Source: Balanoglossus misakiensis
Lineage: Eukaryota > Animalia > Hemichordata
Reading direction: 5' to 3'
NCBI GenBank assembly: GCA_040954595.2
Contig: CM082586.2
Coordinates: 10,075,337 to 10,139,336 of the forward strand
DNA: 64,000 nucleotides
Shown here: positions 30,001 to 42,780 of the stretch, piece by piece
How positions within the stretch are numbered: the first letter of the stretch is position 1
Layout: each line of letters begins with the position of its first letter
Notes under the pieces: model-generated
Databases searched by the model: none
Told to the model about the DNA's origin: nothing
Seen by the model: the letters and a program-made list of their open reading frames with translations, nothing else
Position numbers and translations under genes: made by a program

Positions 30001-33000
30001 TTTTTGAAAAAAATCATGGGTGAAAATCATCAAAAAATGACAAATTTTCGACTTTGCAAAATCTCAACATTTCGTCGATTTTTGAAAAAAATCATGGGTG
30101 AAAATCATCAAAAAATGACAAATTTTCGACTTTGCAAAATCTCAAAATTTCGTCGATTTTGAAAAAAATCATAGGTTCGTCGTTTTTTTTAAAAAAAAAC
30201 ATGGGTGAAAATCATCAAAAAATGACAAATTTTTGACTTTGCAAAATCTCACAATTTCGTCGATTTTTGAAAAAAATCATGGGTGAAAATCATCAAAAAA
30301 TGACAAATTTTCGACTTTGCAAAATCTCAAAATTTCGTCCATTTTAAAAAAAAAACATGGGGGAAAATCATCAAAAAATGACAAATTTTCGACTTTGCAA
30401 AATCTCAAAATTTCGTCGATTTTGAAAAAAACCATTGGGGGAAAATCATCAAAAAATGACAAATTTTCGACTTTGCAAAATCTCAAAATTTCGTCAATTT
30501 TTGAAAAAATCATGGGTGAAAATCATCAAAAAATTACAAATTTTCGTCTATGCAAAATCTCAAAATTTCGTCGGTTTTTGAAAAATAATATGGTTGAAAA
30601 TCATCAAAAAATGACAAAATTATCGACTTTGCAAAATCTCAACATTTCGTCGATTTTTGAAAAAAATCATGGGTGAAAATCATCAAAATATGACAAATTT
30701 TCGACTTTGCAAAATCTCAAAATTTCGTCGATTTTGAAAAAAATCATAGGTTCGTCGATTTAAAAAAAAAAAACATGGGTGAAAATCATCAAAAAATGAC
30801 AAATTTTCGACTTTGCAAAATCTCACAATTTCGTCGATTTTTGAAAAAAATCATGGGAGAAAATCATCAAAAAATGACAAATTTTCGACTTTGCAAAATC
30901 TCAACATTTCGTCGATTTTTGAAAAAAATCATGGGTGAAAATCATCAAAAAATGACAAATTTTCGACTTTGCAAAATCTCAACATTTCGTCGATTTTTGA
31001 AAAAAATCATGGGTGAAAATCATCAAAAAATGACAAATTTTCGACTTTGCAAAATCTCAAAATTTCGTCGATTTTGAAAAAAATCATAGGTTCGTCGTTT
31101 TTTTAAAAAAAAAACATGGGTGAAAATCATCAAAAAATGACAAATTTTTGACTTTGCAAAATCTCACAATTTCGTCGATTTTTGAAAAAAATCATGGGTG
31201 AAAATCATCAAAAAATGACAAATTTTCGACTTTGCAAAATCTCAAAATTTCGTCCATTTTAAAAAAAAAACATGGGGGAAAATCATCAAAAAATGACAAA
31301 TTTTCGACTTTGCAAAATCTCAAAATTTCGTCGATTTTGAAAAAAACCATTGGGGGAAAATCATCAAAAAATGACAAATTTTCGACTTTGCAAAATCTCA
31401 AAATTTCGTCGATTTTGAAAAAAAACCATTGGGGGAAAATCATCAAAAAATTACAAATTTTCGACTTTGCAAAATCTCAACATTTCGTCGATTTTGAAAA
31501 AAAACCATTGGGGGAAAATCATCAAAAAATTACAAATTTTCGACTTTGCAAAATCTCAACATTTCGTCGATTTTTGAAAAAAATCATGGGTGAAAATAAT
31601 CAAAAAATGACAAATTTTCGACTTTGCAAAATCTCAAAATTTCGTCGATTTTGAAAAAAATCATAGGTTCGTCGATTTTAAAAAAAAAACATGGGTGAAA
31701 ATCATCAAAAAATGACAAATTTTCGACTTTGCAAAATCTCACAATTTTGTCGATTTTTGAAAAAAATCATGGGAGAAAATCATCAAAAAATGACAAATTT
31801 TCGACTTTGCAAAATCTCAAAATTTCGTCGATTTTGAAAAAAATCATAGGTTCGTCGATTTAAAAAAAAAAAACATGGGTGAAAATCATCAAAAAATGAC
31901 AAATTTTCGACTTTGCAAAATCTCACAATTTCGTCGATTTTTGAAAAAAATCATGGGAGAAAATCATCAAAAAATGACAAATTTTCGACTTTGCAAAATC
32001 TCAACATTTCGTCGATTTTTGAAAAAAATCATGGGTGAAAATCATCAAAAAATGACAAATTTTCGACTTTGCAAAATCTCAACATTTCGTCGATTTTTGA
32101 AAAAAATCATGGGTGAAAATCATCAAAAAATGACAAATTTTCGACTTTGCAAAATCTCAAAATTTCGTGGATTTTGAAAAAAATCATAGGTTCGTCGTTT
32201 TTTTTAAAAAAAAACATGGGTGAAAATCATCAAAAAATGACAAATTTTTGACTTTGCAAAATCTCACAATTTCGTCGATTTTTGAAAAAAATCATGGGTG
32301 AAAATCATCAAAAAATGACAAATTTTCGACTTTGCAAAATCTCAAAATTTCGTCCATTTTAAAAAAAAAACATGGGGGAAAATCATCAAAAAATGACAAA
32401 TTTTCGACTTTGCAAAATCTCAAAATTTCGTCGATTTTGAAAAAAACCATTGGGGGAAAATCATCAAAAAATGACAAATTTTCGACTTTGCAAAATCTCA
32501 AAATTTCGTCGATTTTGAAAAAAAACCATTGGGGGAAAATCATCAAAAAATTACAAATTTTCGACTTTGCAAAATCTCAACATTTCGTCGATTTTTGAAA
32601 AAAATCATGGGTGAAAATCATCAAAAAATGACAAATTTTCGACTTTGCAAAATCTCAAAATTTCGTCGATTTTGAAAAAAATCATAGGTTCGTCGATTTT
32701 AAAAAAAAAACATGGGTGAAAATCATCAAAAAATGACAAATTTTCGACTTTGCAAAATCTCACAATTTTGTCGATTTTTGAAAAAAATCATGGGAGAAAA
32801 TCATCAAAAAATGACAAATTTTCGACTTTGCAAAATCTCAACATTTCGACGATTTTTGAAAAAAATCATGGGTGAAAATCATCAAAAAATGACAAATTTT
32901 CGACTGTGCAAAATCTCAAAATTTCGTCGATTTTTGAAAAAAAATCATGGTTGAAAATCATCAAAAAATGACAAAATTTTCGACTTTGCAAAATCACACA

Positions 33001-33232
33001 ATTTCGTCGATTTTGAAAAAAATCATAGGTTCGTCGATTTTTAAAAAAAAAACATGGGTGAAAATCATCAAAAAATGACAAATTTTCGACTTTGCAAAAT
33101 CTTAAAATTTCGTCGATTTTTGAAAAAAAATCATGGGTGAAAATCATCAAAAAATGACACATTTTCGACTTTGCAAAATCTAAAAATTTCGTCGATTTTG
33201 AAAAAAAACATTGGGGGAAAATCATCAAAAAA
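1..33232. repeat. 78-bp AT-rich satellite array, homogeneous part with higher-order repeats; continues off the left edge
   Basis: Consensus catgggtgaaaatcatcaaaaaatgacaaattttcgactttgcaaaatctcaaaatttcgtcgatttttgaaaaaaat repeats head-to-tail, giving the 26-aa period in the ORF track. Some monomers carry an extra ~26-bp subunit cataggttcgtcgatttaaaaaaaaa. Confidence 0.99.
2340..23960. repeat. ~10.8-kb tandem duplication inside the satellite (about 2.3-13.2 kb and 13.2-24.0 kb; boundaries approximate)
   Basis: Rare variants recur at near-constant offset: catttcattga ~4612/15396, gaaaacaaac ~5411/16195, tctcataat ~9620/20405. ORF pairs 4637/15421, 7197/17982 and 12549/23335 give offsets 10784-10786 (10861 before a one-monomer deletion near 15010). 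Confidence 0.9.
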
Positions 33233-33300
33233 TAGCGTCAAGGACACTGTGGTCCCATTTGAGGACATAGCTCATAGCAACATAGCAATAAGCATATCTA

Positions 33301-34225
33301 CTCTGGATGCCAAGATATGGAAAAGTAGGTCAAAGGTCACCTGAGGTCATGCAAAATTTGGGCAAGACATTTTGACCCTATACTGGTCCATGTTCAACAA
33401 AACAAAACCTATAGCCCTATTGGTTAGCCTGGAATTAGGTATGCACATAATTAATGAGATATGCAGGTGTCACAGGTGACCTTCAATTTTGGCTTTTCAA
33501 TTTTAGTCCCAACCCTCCAAACGCGAAGTCTGTACCTGCTCTGGATGCCAAGATATGGAAAAGTAGGTCAAAGGTCACCTGAGATCATGCAAAATTTGGG
33601 CAAGAAATTTTGACCCTATACTGGTCCATGTTCAACAAAAAGCAAACCTATAGCCCTATTGGTTAGCCTGGAATTAGGTATGCACAAAATTAATGAGATA
33701 TGCAGGTGTCACAGGTGACCCCCAATTTTGGCTTTTCAATTTTAGTCCCAACCCTCCAAACGCCAAGTCTGTACCTGCTCTGGATGCCAAGATATGGAAA
33801 AGTAGGTCAAAGGTCACCTGAGGTCATGCAAAATTTGGGTAAGAAATTTTGACCCTATACTGGTCCATGCTCAACAAAAACCAAAAGTATAGCCCTATTG
33901 GTTAGCCTGGAATTAGGTATGCACATAATTAATGAGATATGCAGGTGTCACAGGTGACCCATATTTTGGCTTTTCAATTTTAGTCCCAACCCTCCAAACG
34001 CCAAGTCTGTACCTGCTCTGGATGCCGAGATATAGCAAAGTAGGTCAAAGGTCACCTGAGGTCACCCAAAATTTGGGCAAGAAATTTTGACCCTATACTG
34101 GTCCATGTCCCACAAGAACGAAACCTCTAGCCCTATTAGTTAGCCCGGAATTAGGTATGCACATAATTAATGTGTTAAGCAGGTGTTACAGGTAGGCCCA
34201 AAAATTTGCCTTTTATTTTGGCCCC
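33301..34225. repeat. Internal 238-239-bp tandem repeat (about 3.8 units) of HINE copy 1
   Basis: ctctggatgcc...aaagtaggtcaaaggtcacctgag restarts at 33301, 33539, 33778 and 34016; the last unit is diverged and truncated. Confidence 0.95.
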
Positions 34226-34627
34226 ATTGTGCTCACGGACCAATAGACAGTCACTGTACAGGACTATTGCACAGACCAGAATTCCACAATAAGACGTGGA
34301 CATAGCTTAACCATAGAGGTATAAGTAAAGTTATAAATTTAATAAAAAGACTAAAAAATTCATAAAAAATAAAACATCCATGATATTAACTTAACACTTA
34401 CAGGTCGATGTGAGGTTGACATAAGGTACATGCATACCAATTTTCAAAGCAATCTGACCAGTAGTTGTTGACTTTCAGAGTTTTGATAAATTTCACATTT
34501 TACTGGCTAATTTGCATATTTTTGGGCCTGGCAACTTCGTTTGGACAAACTCCCATCTACAGCCCAGCCTGCACCTACACACCAAATATTGAGGTGTTAC
34601 GCACAGCGGTTTTCAAGTTTTTGATGT

Positions 34628-34676
34628 GGACGGACATACAGACATACATACATCCATACATACATCCATACAGACG
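34628..34676. repeat. Tetranucleotide microsatellite (ACAT/CCAT/AGAC) near the HINE 5' end; also at ~37198-37246
   Basis: ggacggacatacagacatacatacatccatacatacatccatacagacg; this position is typical of DINE-1/HINE elements. Confidence 0.85.
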
Positions 34677-34727
34677 CAACCCATCCCATAAGGTCCCATG
34701 GTATATAGGCCTATACCAATGGGACCT

Positions 34728-35803
34728 AAAAATGACAAATTATCGACTTTGCAAAATCTCACAATTTCGTCGATTTTTGAAAAAAATCATGGGTGAAAAT
34801 CATCAAAAAATGACAAATTTTCGACTTTGCAAAATCTCAACATTTCGTCGATTTTTGAAAAAAATCATGGGTGAAAATCATCAAAAAATGACAAATTTTC
34901 GACTTTGCAAAATCTCAAAATTTCGTCGATTTTGAAAAAAATCATAGGTTCGTCGATTTTAAAAAAAAAACATGGGTGAAAATCATCAAAAAATGACAAA
35001 TTTTCGACTTTGCAAAATCTCACAATTTCGTCGATTTTTGAAAAAAATCATGGGAGAAAATCATCAAAAAATGACAAATTTTCGACTTTGCAAAATCTCA
35101 ACATTTCGTCGATTTTTGAAAAAAATCATGGGTGAAAATCATCAAAAAATGACAAATTTTCGACTGTGCAAAATCTCAAAATTTCGTCGATTTTTGAAAA
35201 AAAATCATGGTTGAAAATCATCAAAAAATGACAAAATTTTCGACTTTGCAAAATCACACAATTTCGTCGATTTTGAAAAAAATCATAGGTTCGTCGATTT
35301 TTTAAAAAAAAACATGGGTGAAAATCATCAAAAAATGACAAATTTTCGACTTTGCAAAATCTTAAAATTTCGTCGATTTTTTAAAAAAAATCATGGGTGA
35401 AAATCATCAAAAAATGACACATTTTCGACTTTGCAAAATCTTAAAATTTCGTCGATTTTTGAGAAAAATCATGGGTGAAAATCATCAAAAAATGACAAAT
35501 TTTCGACTTTGCAAAATCTCAAAATTTCGTCGATTTTTGAAAAAAATCATGGGTGAAAATCATCAAAAAATGACAAATTTTCGACTTTGCAAAATCTCAA
35601 AATTTTGTCGATTTTTGAAAAAAATCATAGGTGAAAATCATCAAAAAATGACAAATTTTCGACTTCGCAAAATCTCAAAATTTCGTCAATTTTTGAAAAA
35701 ATCAGGGGTAAAAATCATCAAAAAATGACAAATTTTCGTCTTTGCTAAATCTCAAAATTTCGTCGGTTTTTGAAAAATAATATGGGTGAAAATCATCAAA
35801 AAA
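34728..35803. repeat. 78-bp satellite between the two HINE copies
   Basis: Same monomer and orientation; nearly identical to ~37298-38290. Confidence 0.98.
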
Positions 35804-37297
35804 TAGCGTCAAGGACACTGTGGTCCCATTTGAGGACATAGCTCATAGCAACATAGCAATAAGCATATCTACTCTGGATGCCAAGATATGGAAAAGTAGG
35901 TCAAAGGTCACCTGAGGTCATGCAAAATTTGGGCAAGACATTTTGACCCTATACTGGTCCATGTTCAACAAAACAAAACCTATAGCCCTATTGGTTAGCC
36001 TGGAATTAGGTATGCACATAATTAATGAGATATGCAGGTGTCACAGGTGACCTTCAATTTTGGCTTTTCAATTTTAGTCCCAACCCTCCAAACGCGAAGT
36101 CTGTACCTGCTCTGGATGCCAAGATATGGAAAAGTAGGTCAAAGGTCACCTGAGATCATGCAAAATTTGGGCAAGAAATTTTGACCCTATACTGGTCCAT
36201 GTTCAACAAAAAGCAAACCTATAGCCCTATTGGTTAGCCTGGAATTAGGTATGCACAAAATTAATGAGATATGCAGGTGTCACAGGTGACCCCCAATTTT
36301 GGCTTTTCAATTTTAGTCCCAACCCTCCAAACGCCAAGTCTGTACCTGCTCTGGATGCCAAGATATGGAAAAGTAGGTCAAAGGTCACCTGAGGTCATGC
36401 AAAATTTGGGTAAGAAATTTTGACCCTATACTGGTCCATGCTCAACAAAAACCAAAAGTATAGCCCTATTGGTTAGCCTGGAATTAGGTATGCACATAAT
36501 TAATGAGATATGCAGGTGTCACAGGTGACCCATATTTTGGCTTTTCAATTTTAGTCCCAACCCTCCAAACGCCAAGTCTGTACCTGCTCTGGATGCCGAG
36601 ATATAGCAAAGTAGGTCAAAGGTCACCTGAGGTCACCCAAAATTTGGGCAAGAAATTTTGACCCTATACTGGTCCATGTCCCACAAGAACGAAACCTCTA
36701 GCCCTATTAGTTAGCCCGGAATTAGGTATGCACATAATTAATGTGTTAAGCAGGTGTTACAGGTAAGCCCAAAAATTTGCCTTTTATTTTGGCCCCATTG
36801 TGCTCACGGACCAATAGACAGTCACTGTACAGGACTATTGCACAGACCAGAATTCCACAATAAGACGTGGACATAGCTTAACCATAGAGGTATAAGTAAA
36901 GTTATAAATTTAATAAAAAGACTAAAAAATCATAAAAAATAAAACATCCATGATATTAACTTAACACTTACAGGTCGATGTGAGGTTGACATAAGGTACA
37001 TGCATACCAATTTTCAAAGCAATCTGACCAGTAGTTGTTGACTTTCAGAGTTTTGATAAATTTCACATTTTACTGGCTAATTTGCATATTTTTGGGCCTG
37101 GCAACTTCGTTTGGACAAACTCCCATCTACAGCCCAGCCTGCACCTACACACCAAATATTGAGGTGTTACGCGCAGCGGTTTTCAAGTTTTTGATGTGGA
37201 CGGACATACAGACATACATACATCCATACATACATCCATACAGACGCAACCCATCCCATAAGGTCCCATGGTATATAGGCCTATACCAATGGGACCT
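35804..37297 (-). mobile_element. HINE copy 2, 1494 bp
   Basis: Same termini and internal repeats as copy 1, offset 2570-2571. I spotted three differences: gtaggccc/gtaagccc, aaaaaattc/aaaaaatc and gcacagc/gcgcagc. Confidence 0.92.
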
Positions 37298-40200
37298 AAA
37301 AATGACAAATTATCGACTTTGCAAAATCTCACAATTTCGTCGATTTTTGAAAAAAATCATGGGTGAAAATCATCAAAAAATGACAAATTTTCGACTTTGC
37401 AAAATCTCAACATTTCGTCGATTTTTGAAAAAAATCATGGGTGAAAATCATCAAAAAATGACAAATTTTCGACTTTGCAAAATCTCAAAATTTCGTCGAT
37501 TTTGAAAAAAATCATAGGTTCGTCGATTTAAAAAAAAAACGGGTGAAAATCATCAAAAAATGACAAATTTTCGACTTTGCAAAATCTCACAATTTCGTCG
37601 ATTTTTGAAAAAAATCATGGGAGAAAATCATCAAAAAATGACAAATTTTCGACTGTGCAAAATCTCAAAATTTCGTCGATTTTTGAAAAAAAATCATGGT
37701 TGAAAATCATCAAAAAATGACAAAATTTTCGACTTTGCAAAATCACACAATTTCGTCGATTTTGAAAAAAATCATAGGTTCGTCGATTTTTAAAAAAAAA
37801 CATGGGTGAAAATCATCAAAAAATGACAAATTTTCGACTTTGCAAAATCTTAAAATTTCGTCGATTTTTTAAAAAAAATCATGGGTGAAAATCATCAAAA
37901 AATGACACATTTTCGACTTTGCAAAATCTTAAAATTTCGTCGATTTTTGAGAAAAATCATGGGTGAAAATCATCAAAAAATGACAAATTTTCGACTTTGC
38001 AAAATCTCAAAATTTCGTCGATTTTTGAAAAAAATCATGGGTGAAAATCATCAAAAAATGACAAATTTTCGACTTTGCAAAATCTCAAAATTTTGTCGAT
38101 TTTTGAAAAAAATCATAAGTGAAAATCATCAAAAAATGACAAATTTTCGACTTCGCAAAATCTCAAAATTTCGTCAATTTTTGAAAAAATCAGGGGTAAA
38201 AATCATCAAAAAATGACAAATTTTCGTCTTTGCTAAATCTCAAAATTTCGTCGGTTTTTGAAAAATAATATGGGTGAAAATCATCAAAAAATGACAAATT
38301 TTCGACTTTGCAAAATCTCAAAATTTCGTCCATTTTTGAAAAAAAATCATGGGTAAAAATCATCAAAAAATGACAAATTTTCGTCTTTGCAAAATCTCAA
38401 AATTTCGTCCATTTAAAAAAAAAACATGGGGGAAAATCATCAAAAAATGACAAATTTTCGTCTTTGCAAAATCTCAAAATTTCGTCCATTTAAAAAAAAA
38501 ACATGGGTGAAAATCATCAAAAAATGACAAATTTTCGACTTTGCAAAATCTCAAAATTTCGTCGATTTTTGAAAAAAAATCATGGGTGAAAATCATCAAA
38601 AAATGACAAATTTTCGTCTTTGCAAAATCTCAAAATTTCGTCCATTTTAAAAAAAAAACATGGGGCAAAATCATCAAAAAATGACAAATTTTCGATTTTG
38701 CAAAATCTCAAAATTTCGTCGATTTTTGAAAAAAAATCATGGGTGAAAATCATCAAAAAAAGACAAATTTTCGTCTTTGCAAAATCTCAAAATTTCGTCC
38801 ATTTTTGAATAAAAATCATGGGTAAAAATCATCAAAAATGACAAATTTTCGTCTTTGCAAAATCTCAAATTTTCGTCGATTTTTGAAAAAAAATCATGGT
38901 TGAAAATCATCAAAAAATGACAAAATTTTCGACTTTGTAAAATCACAAAATTTCGTCGATTTTGAAAAAAATCATAGGTTCGTCGATTTTTTAAAAAAAA
39001 AACATGGGTGAAAATCATCAAAAAATGACAAATTTTCTACTTTGCAAAATCTCAAAATTTCGTCGATTTTTGAAAAAAAATCATGGGTGAAAATCATCAA
39101 AAAATGACACATTTTCGATTATGCAAAATCTCAAAATTTCGTCGATTTTTGAAAAAAAATCATGGGTAAAAATCATCAAAAAATGACAAATTTACGTCTT
39201 TGCAAAATCTAAAAATTTCGTCGATTTTTGAAAAATAATATGAGTGAAAATCATCAAAAAATGGCAAATTTTCGACTTTGCAAAATCTCAAAATTTCGTC
39301 CATTTAAAAAAAAAAAACGGGGGAAAATCATCAAAAAATGACAAATTTTCGACTTTGCAAAATCTCAAAATTTCGTCGATTTTTGAAAAAAAATCATGGG
39401 TGAAAATCATCAAAAAATGACAAATTTTCGTCTTTGCAAAATCTCAAAATTTCGTCCATTTTAAAAAAAAAACATGGGGCAAAATCATCAAAAAATGACA
39501 AATTTTCGACTTTGCAAAATCTCAAAATTTCGTCGATTTTTGAAAAAAAATCATGGGTGAAAATCATCAAAAAATGACAAATTTTCGTCTTTGCAAAATC
39601 TCAAAATTTCGTCCATTTTTGAATAAAAATCATGGGTAAAAATCATCAAAAATGACAAATTTTCGTCTTTGCTATATCTCAAAATTTCGTCGGTTTTTGA
39701 AAAATAATATGGGTGAAAATCATCAAAAAATGACAAATTTTCGACTTTGCAAAATCTTAAAATTTCGTCGATTTTTGAAAAAAATCATCAAAAAATGACA
39801 AATTTTCGACTTTGCAAAATCTCAAAATTTCGTCAATATTTGAAAAATTCATGGGTAAAAATCATCAAAAAATGACAAATTTTCGTCTTTGCTAAATCTC
39901 AAAATTTCGTCGGTTTTTGAAAAATAATATGGGTGAAAATCATCAAAAAATGACAAATTTTCGACTTTGCAAAATCTCAAAATTTCGTCCATTTTTGAAA
40001 AAAAATCATGGGTAAAAATCATCAAAAAATGACAAATTTTCGTCTTTGCAAAATCTCAAAATTTCGTCCATTTTAAAAAAAAAACATGGGGGAAAATCAT
40101 CAAAAAATGACAAATTTTCGACTTTGCAAAATCTCAAAATTTCGTCGATTTTTGAAAAAAAATCATGGGTGAAAATCATCAAAAAATGACAAATTTTCGT

Positions 40201-40751
40201 CTTTGCAAAATCTCAAAATTTCGTCCATTTTTGAATAAAAATCATGGGTAAAAATAATCAAAAATGACAAATTTTCGTCTTTGCAAAATCTCAAATTTTC
40301 GTCGATTTTTGAAAAAAAATCATGGGAGAAAATCATCAAAAAATGACAAATTTTCGACTTTGCAAAATCTCAACATTTCGTCGATTTTTGAAAAAAATCA
40401 TGGGTGAAAATCATCAAAAAATGACAAATTTTCGACTTTGCAAAATCTCAACATTTCGTCGATTTTTGAAAAAAATCATGGGTGAAAATCATCAAAAAAT
40501 GACAAATTTTCGACTTTGCAAAGTCTCAACATTTCGTCGATTTTTGAAAAAATCATGGGTGAAAATCATCAAAAAATGACAAAATTTTCGACTTTGCAAA
40601 ATCTCAAAATTTCGTCGATTTTGAAAAAAATCATAGGTTCGTCGATTTTTTAAAAAAAAACATGGGTGAAAATCATCAAAAAATGACAAATTTTTGACTT
40701 TGCAAAATCTCACAATTTCGTCGATTTTCGTCCATTTAAAAAAAAATCATG
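37298..40751. repeat. 78-bp satellite, more diverged monomers
   Basis: Same monomer with more private variants and small deletions (e.g. ~39785 and ~40725). Confidence 0.98.
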
Positions 40752-40915
40752 TAGGTAACATTGCGATCAACGGCATAATGTTACCCAATTAAGCAACTCG
40801 AAAAGGGGCGCCCTCAACCTCAAACGAGCCTCAGAAATCCCATAATCCATCACTCACGGCCACTTCAAGGGTTCGGAGCGTGTCCTGCAGTGCTCGCTCT
40901 CTCTGCCTCAATTTC
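40752..40915 (+). repeat. Split direct repeat A1 (164 bp)
   Basis: taggtaacattgcg...ctgcctcaatttc, repeated at 45617 and 50549. Confidence 0.93.
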
Positions 40916-40932
40916 AATTTCTCACCGTTATT

Positions 40933-42780
40933 ATGGAGAACGCTGAACAACAGCTGCTGGATTTGGGAATAGAGCCCAGTCCAGTCGCCAAAAAGGGACC
41001 TGCAACTCGCAGTAAGACTACGACAAGAGCATCGACCTGTCGAAAAGTTCGCGTGGTCCCCCCCACCAAACTTTCCAAAGTACCAATGGCGTCAGCTCGT
41101 TCGAAAGGCGGGAAATGTAGCAAACCTGTCAAGGAAGAAGACACTTCATCTGACGGGGAAGATGTGAGGTCAGAGAAAGAGAAGTTGCAGGCGGAGATAG
41201 CGAGACTGCAGGAGCAATCTGAAGTAGACAATTTAAGAAAACAACTAAAAGAAATGAAACTGGAGAAGGAACGACGCAGCCCGCCAGCCGCTTCGAGCGG
41301 AAGTCCCAGAAGTCACGACCTGAGTCAACTCACGCTACCCGATCTCAAGAGGATGGCGAAAGAAGACTCACAATTGCAGTGGTCGTTACCATCAGGCAGT
41401 CCGTGGCTACCAGCGACAGGGGCCGCTGGCGGCGGTGAAGACCTCCAACCGAACCAACTCCTGGCACAGTCCGGTTTATACACAGCAGCGCAGAGCAAAG
41501 CAGGTAACGTACCAATGAAATCGATGCGGTTCAACACCAGAACCGATCGTGTGCGACAGCACGTCCTATGGCCGCACATGTTCGTCAGGGCTCGGACATT
41601 CTCGGGCGCCCCACCAAAATTCGATGATATGTCAATGGCGGAATTTGTGGAAGGTAATCTCGCGATAGTGCAACTTCCTACTTTGAGTGACACAGAGAAA
41701 CAGCAGCGATTACAACACTTACAGTCGCTTATGAAAGACGCCAATTTGTTCCCCTGGGACGCCATCTTGAAGTTCGAGGGCGCGCTCCTCTCTGACATGG
41801 AGTCAGGACTCAGAACATGGGCAAATGACACCGCAGATCTGAGAGAGCTATATTTGCTGCCGCGTATCGGCAAGATCAGACGGGATAAAACAGCGGACAA
41901 ATCCAAAAAGAAGGATCAGATTAATGTATGTTTCAAATACCAAAGTAACAAGTGCGAGAAGGAGGATTGCGCATTCAAACACATATGTGAAGCCTGCATG
42001 AAGTTGCGTAACAACCTGGCCAAGCATCCCAAGATTGCCTGCCCCTGGAAGGATAAGGCCTTTAGAGAGCAAGAGAGCAACAAGTTGACCGATAGTTCTG
42101 GCAAAGCAGAGGTAGATAAGTCTAAACAAGACTCTCATGACTGTGACAGCAATTTAATTCCTAAATTGAACCATAGAGTCAAAAGTGCAGGCACGGAGTG
42201 TAATATCAATGACTTTTATACATTGATGGGCATCACAGATCAGGCAGTGCACAAGTGTGATCGCTCTGTACAAACTGACATGGAGATTGATATTTCAAGA
42301 AGCCTGTCAATGTGCAACCCGGAGGTTTTGCGGGATGCTATTGTTAACCCTAGTAGTATTTCTGAACCAGTGCTTTCGATTGACGAGCCAGTAACATGTA
42401 CCATTGCCAATGTTGCCTCTGAACACACAGGTTGTTTTGATACCTCTGTTAGCAGGGATAATGTTGACAAATACCTTTGTAAAACTCATACAGTTGATTT
42501 GATAGAACCTGATATTGAGACTGATCTTGACAAGCAAATCCCTATTGAATCACTAGCCCATACCGTCGGTGATACCACTGAATTTGCATGTGAGATTAGC
42601 GCTCATGGTTCCTCTGACGGTATGATCAGTGATGACCACGATGTCTTTGTTAGTGATATGTTTACTGTGGAAAATGTTCCAAATATGGGGATATGCAGTA
42701 TTCTGAGTTATCAGATACTCCCGTGGGCGGGGATGTCTGTCCCCCGTCGTCATGGCCACAAGCGTCACCCCCTGATTTAA
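40933..42780 (+). pseudogene. Copy 1 ORF1 (gag-like, Cys/His zinc finger), frameshifted away from RT by a 58-bp deletion at ~42690
   Basis: Nearly identical to the N-terminal half of 45798-49370. The offset between copies changes from 4865 to 4923 at aatatgggg|atatgcag. Motif CFKYQSNKC-x4-C-x3-HICEAC-x8-H-x4-C. Confidence 0.85.

Larger units (their letters stand above)
33233..34727 (-). mobile_element. Non-autonomous Helentron-associated element (HINE / DINE-1-like), copy 1, 1495 bp
   Basis: On the minus strand: T-run, 5' subterminal repeat AGGTCCCATT pairing with nearby ATGGGACCT, a GTAT/GTCY microsatellite, central tandem repeats, 3' subterminal AATGGGACC, short hairpin AGTGTC-ctt-GACGCT, T-run. 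Inserted in the A6 run of the satellite; non-coding. Confidence 0.92.

Noticed and set aside
647-33228. Dozens of ORFs with MGENHQKMTNFRLCKIS... repeats, here and in the later satellite blocks
   Set aside because: They arise because the 78-bp monomer is a multiple of 3 with one stop-free frame. Frames are broken at random by A-run length changes, so there is no sign of coding constraint.
1-33232. CRISPR array
   Set aside because: Monomers are contiguous with no unique spacers, there are no cas genes, and the context is eukaryotic (spliceosomal introns, Helentron).
33233-34727. MITE with terminal inverted repeats and a poly-A target duplication
   Set aside because: The inverted repeats are subterminal and asymmetric with a 3' hairpin, and the extra A/T bases fit Helentron T-rich ends. 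The terminus is shared with a RepHel element.
34465-34935. 156-aa ORF with hydrophobic N-terminus (also 37035-37505)
   Set aside because: Chance read-through from a TTG in the non-coding HINE, across its microsatellite and terminus, into satellite.
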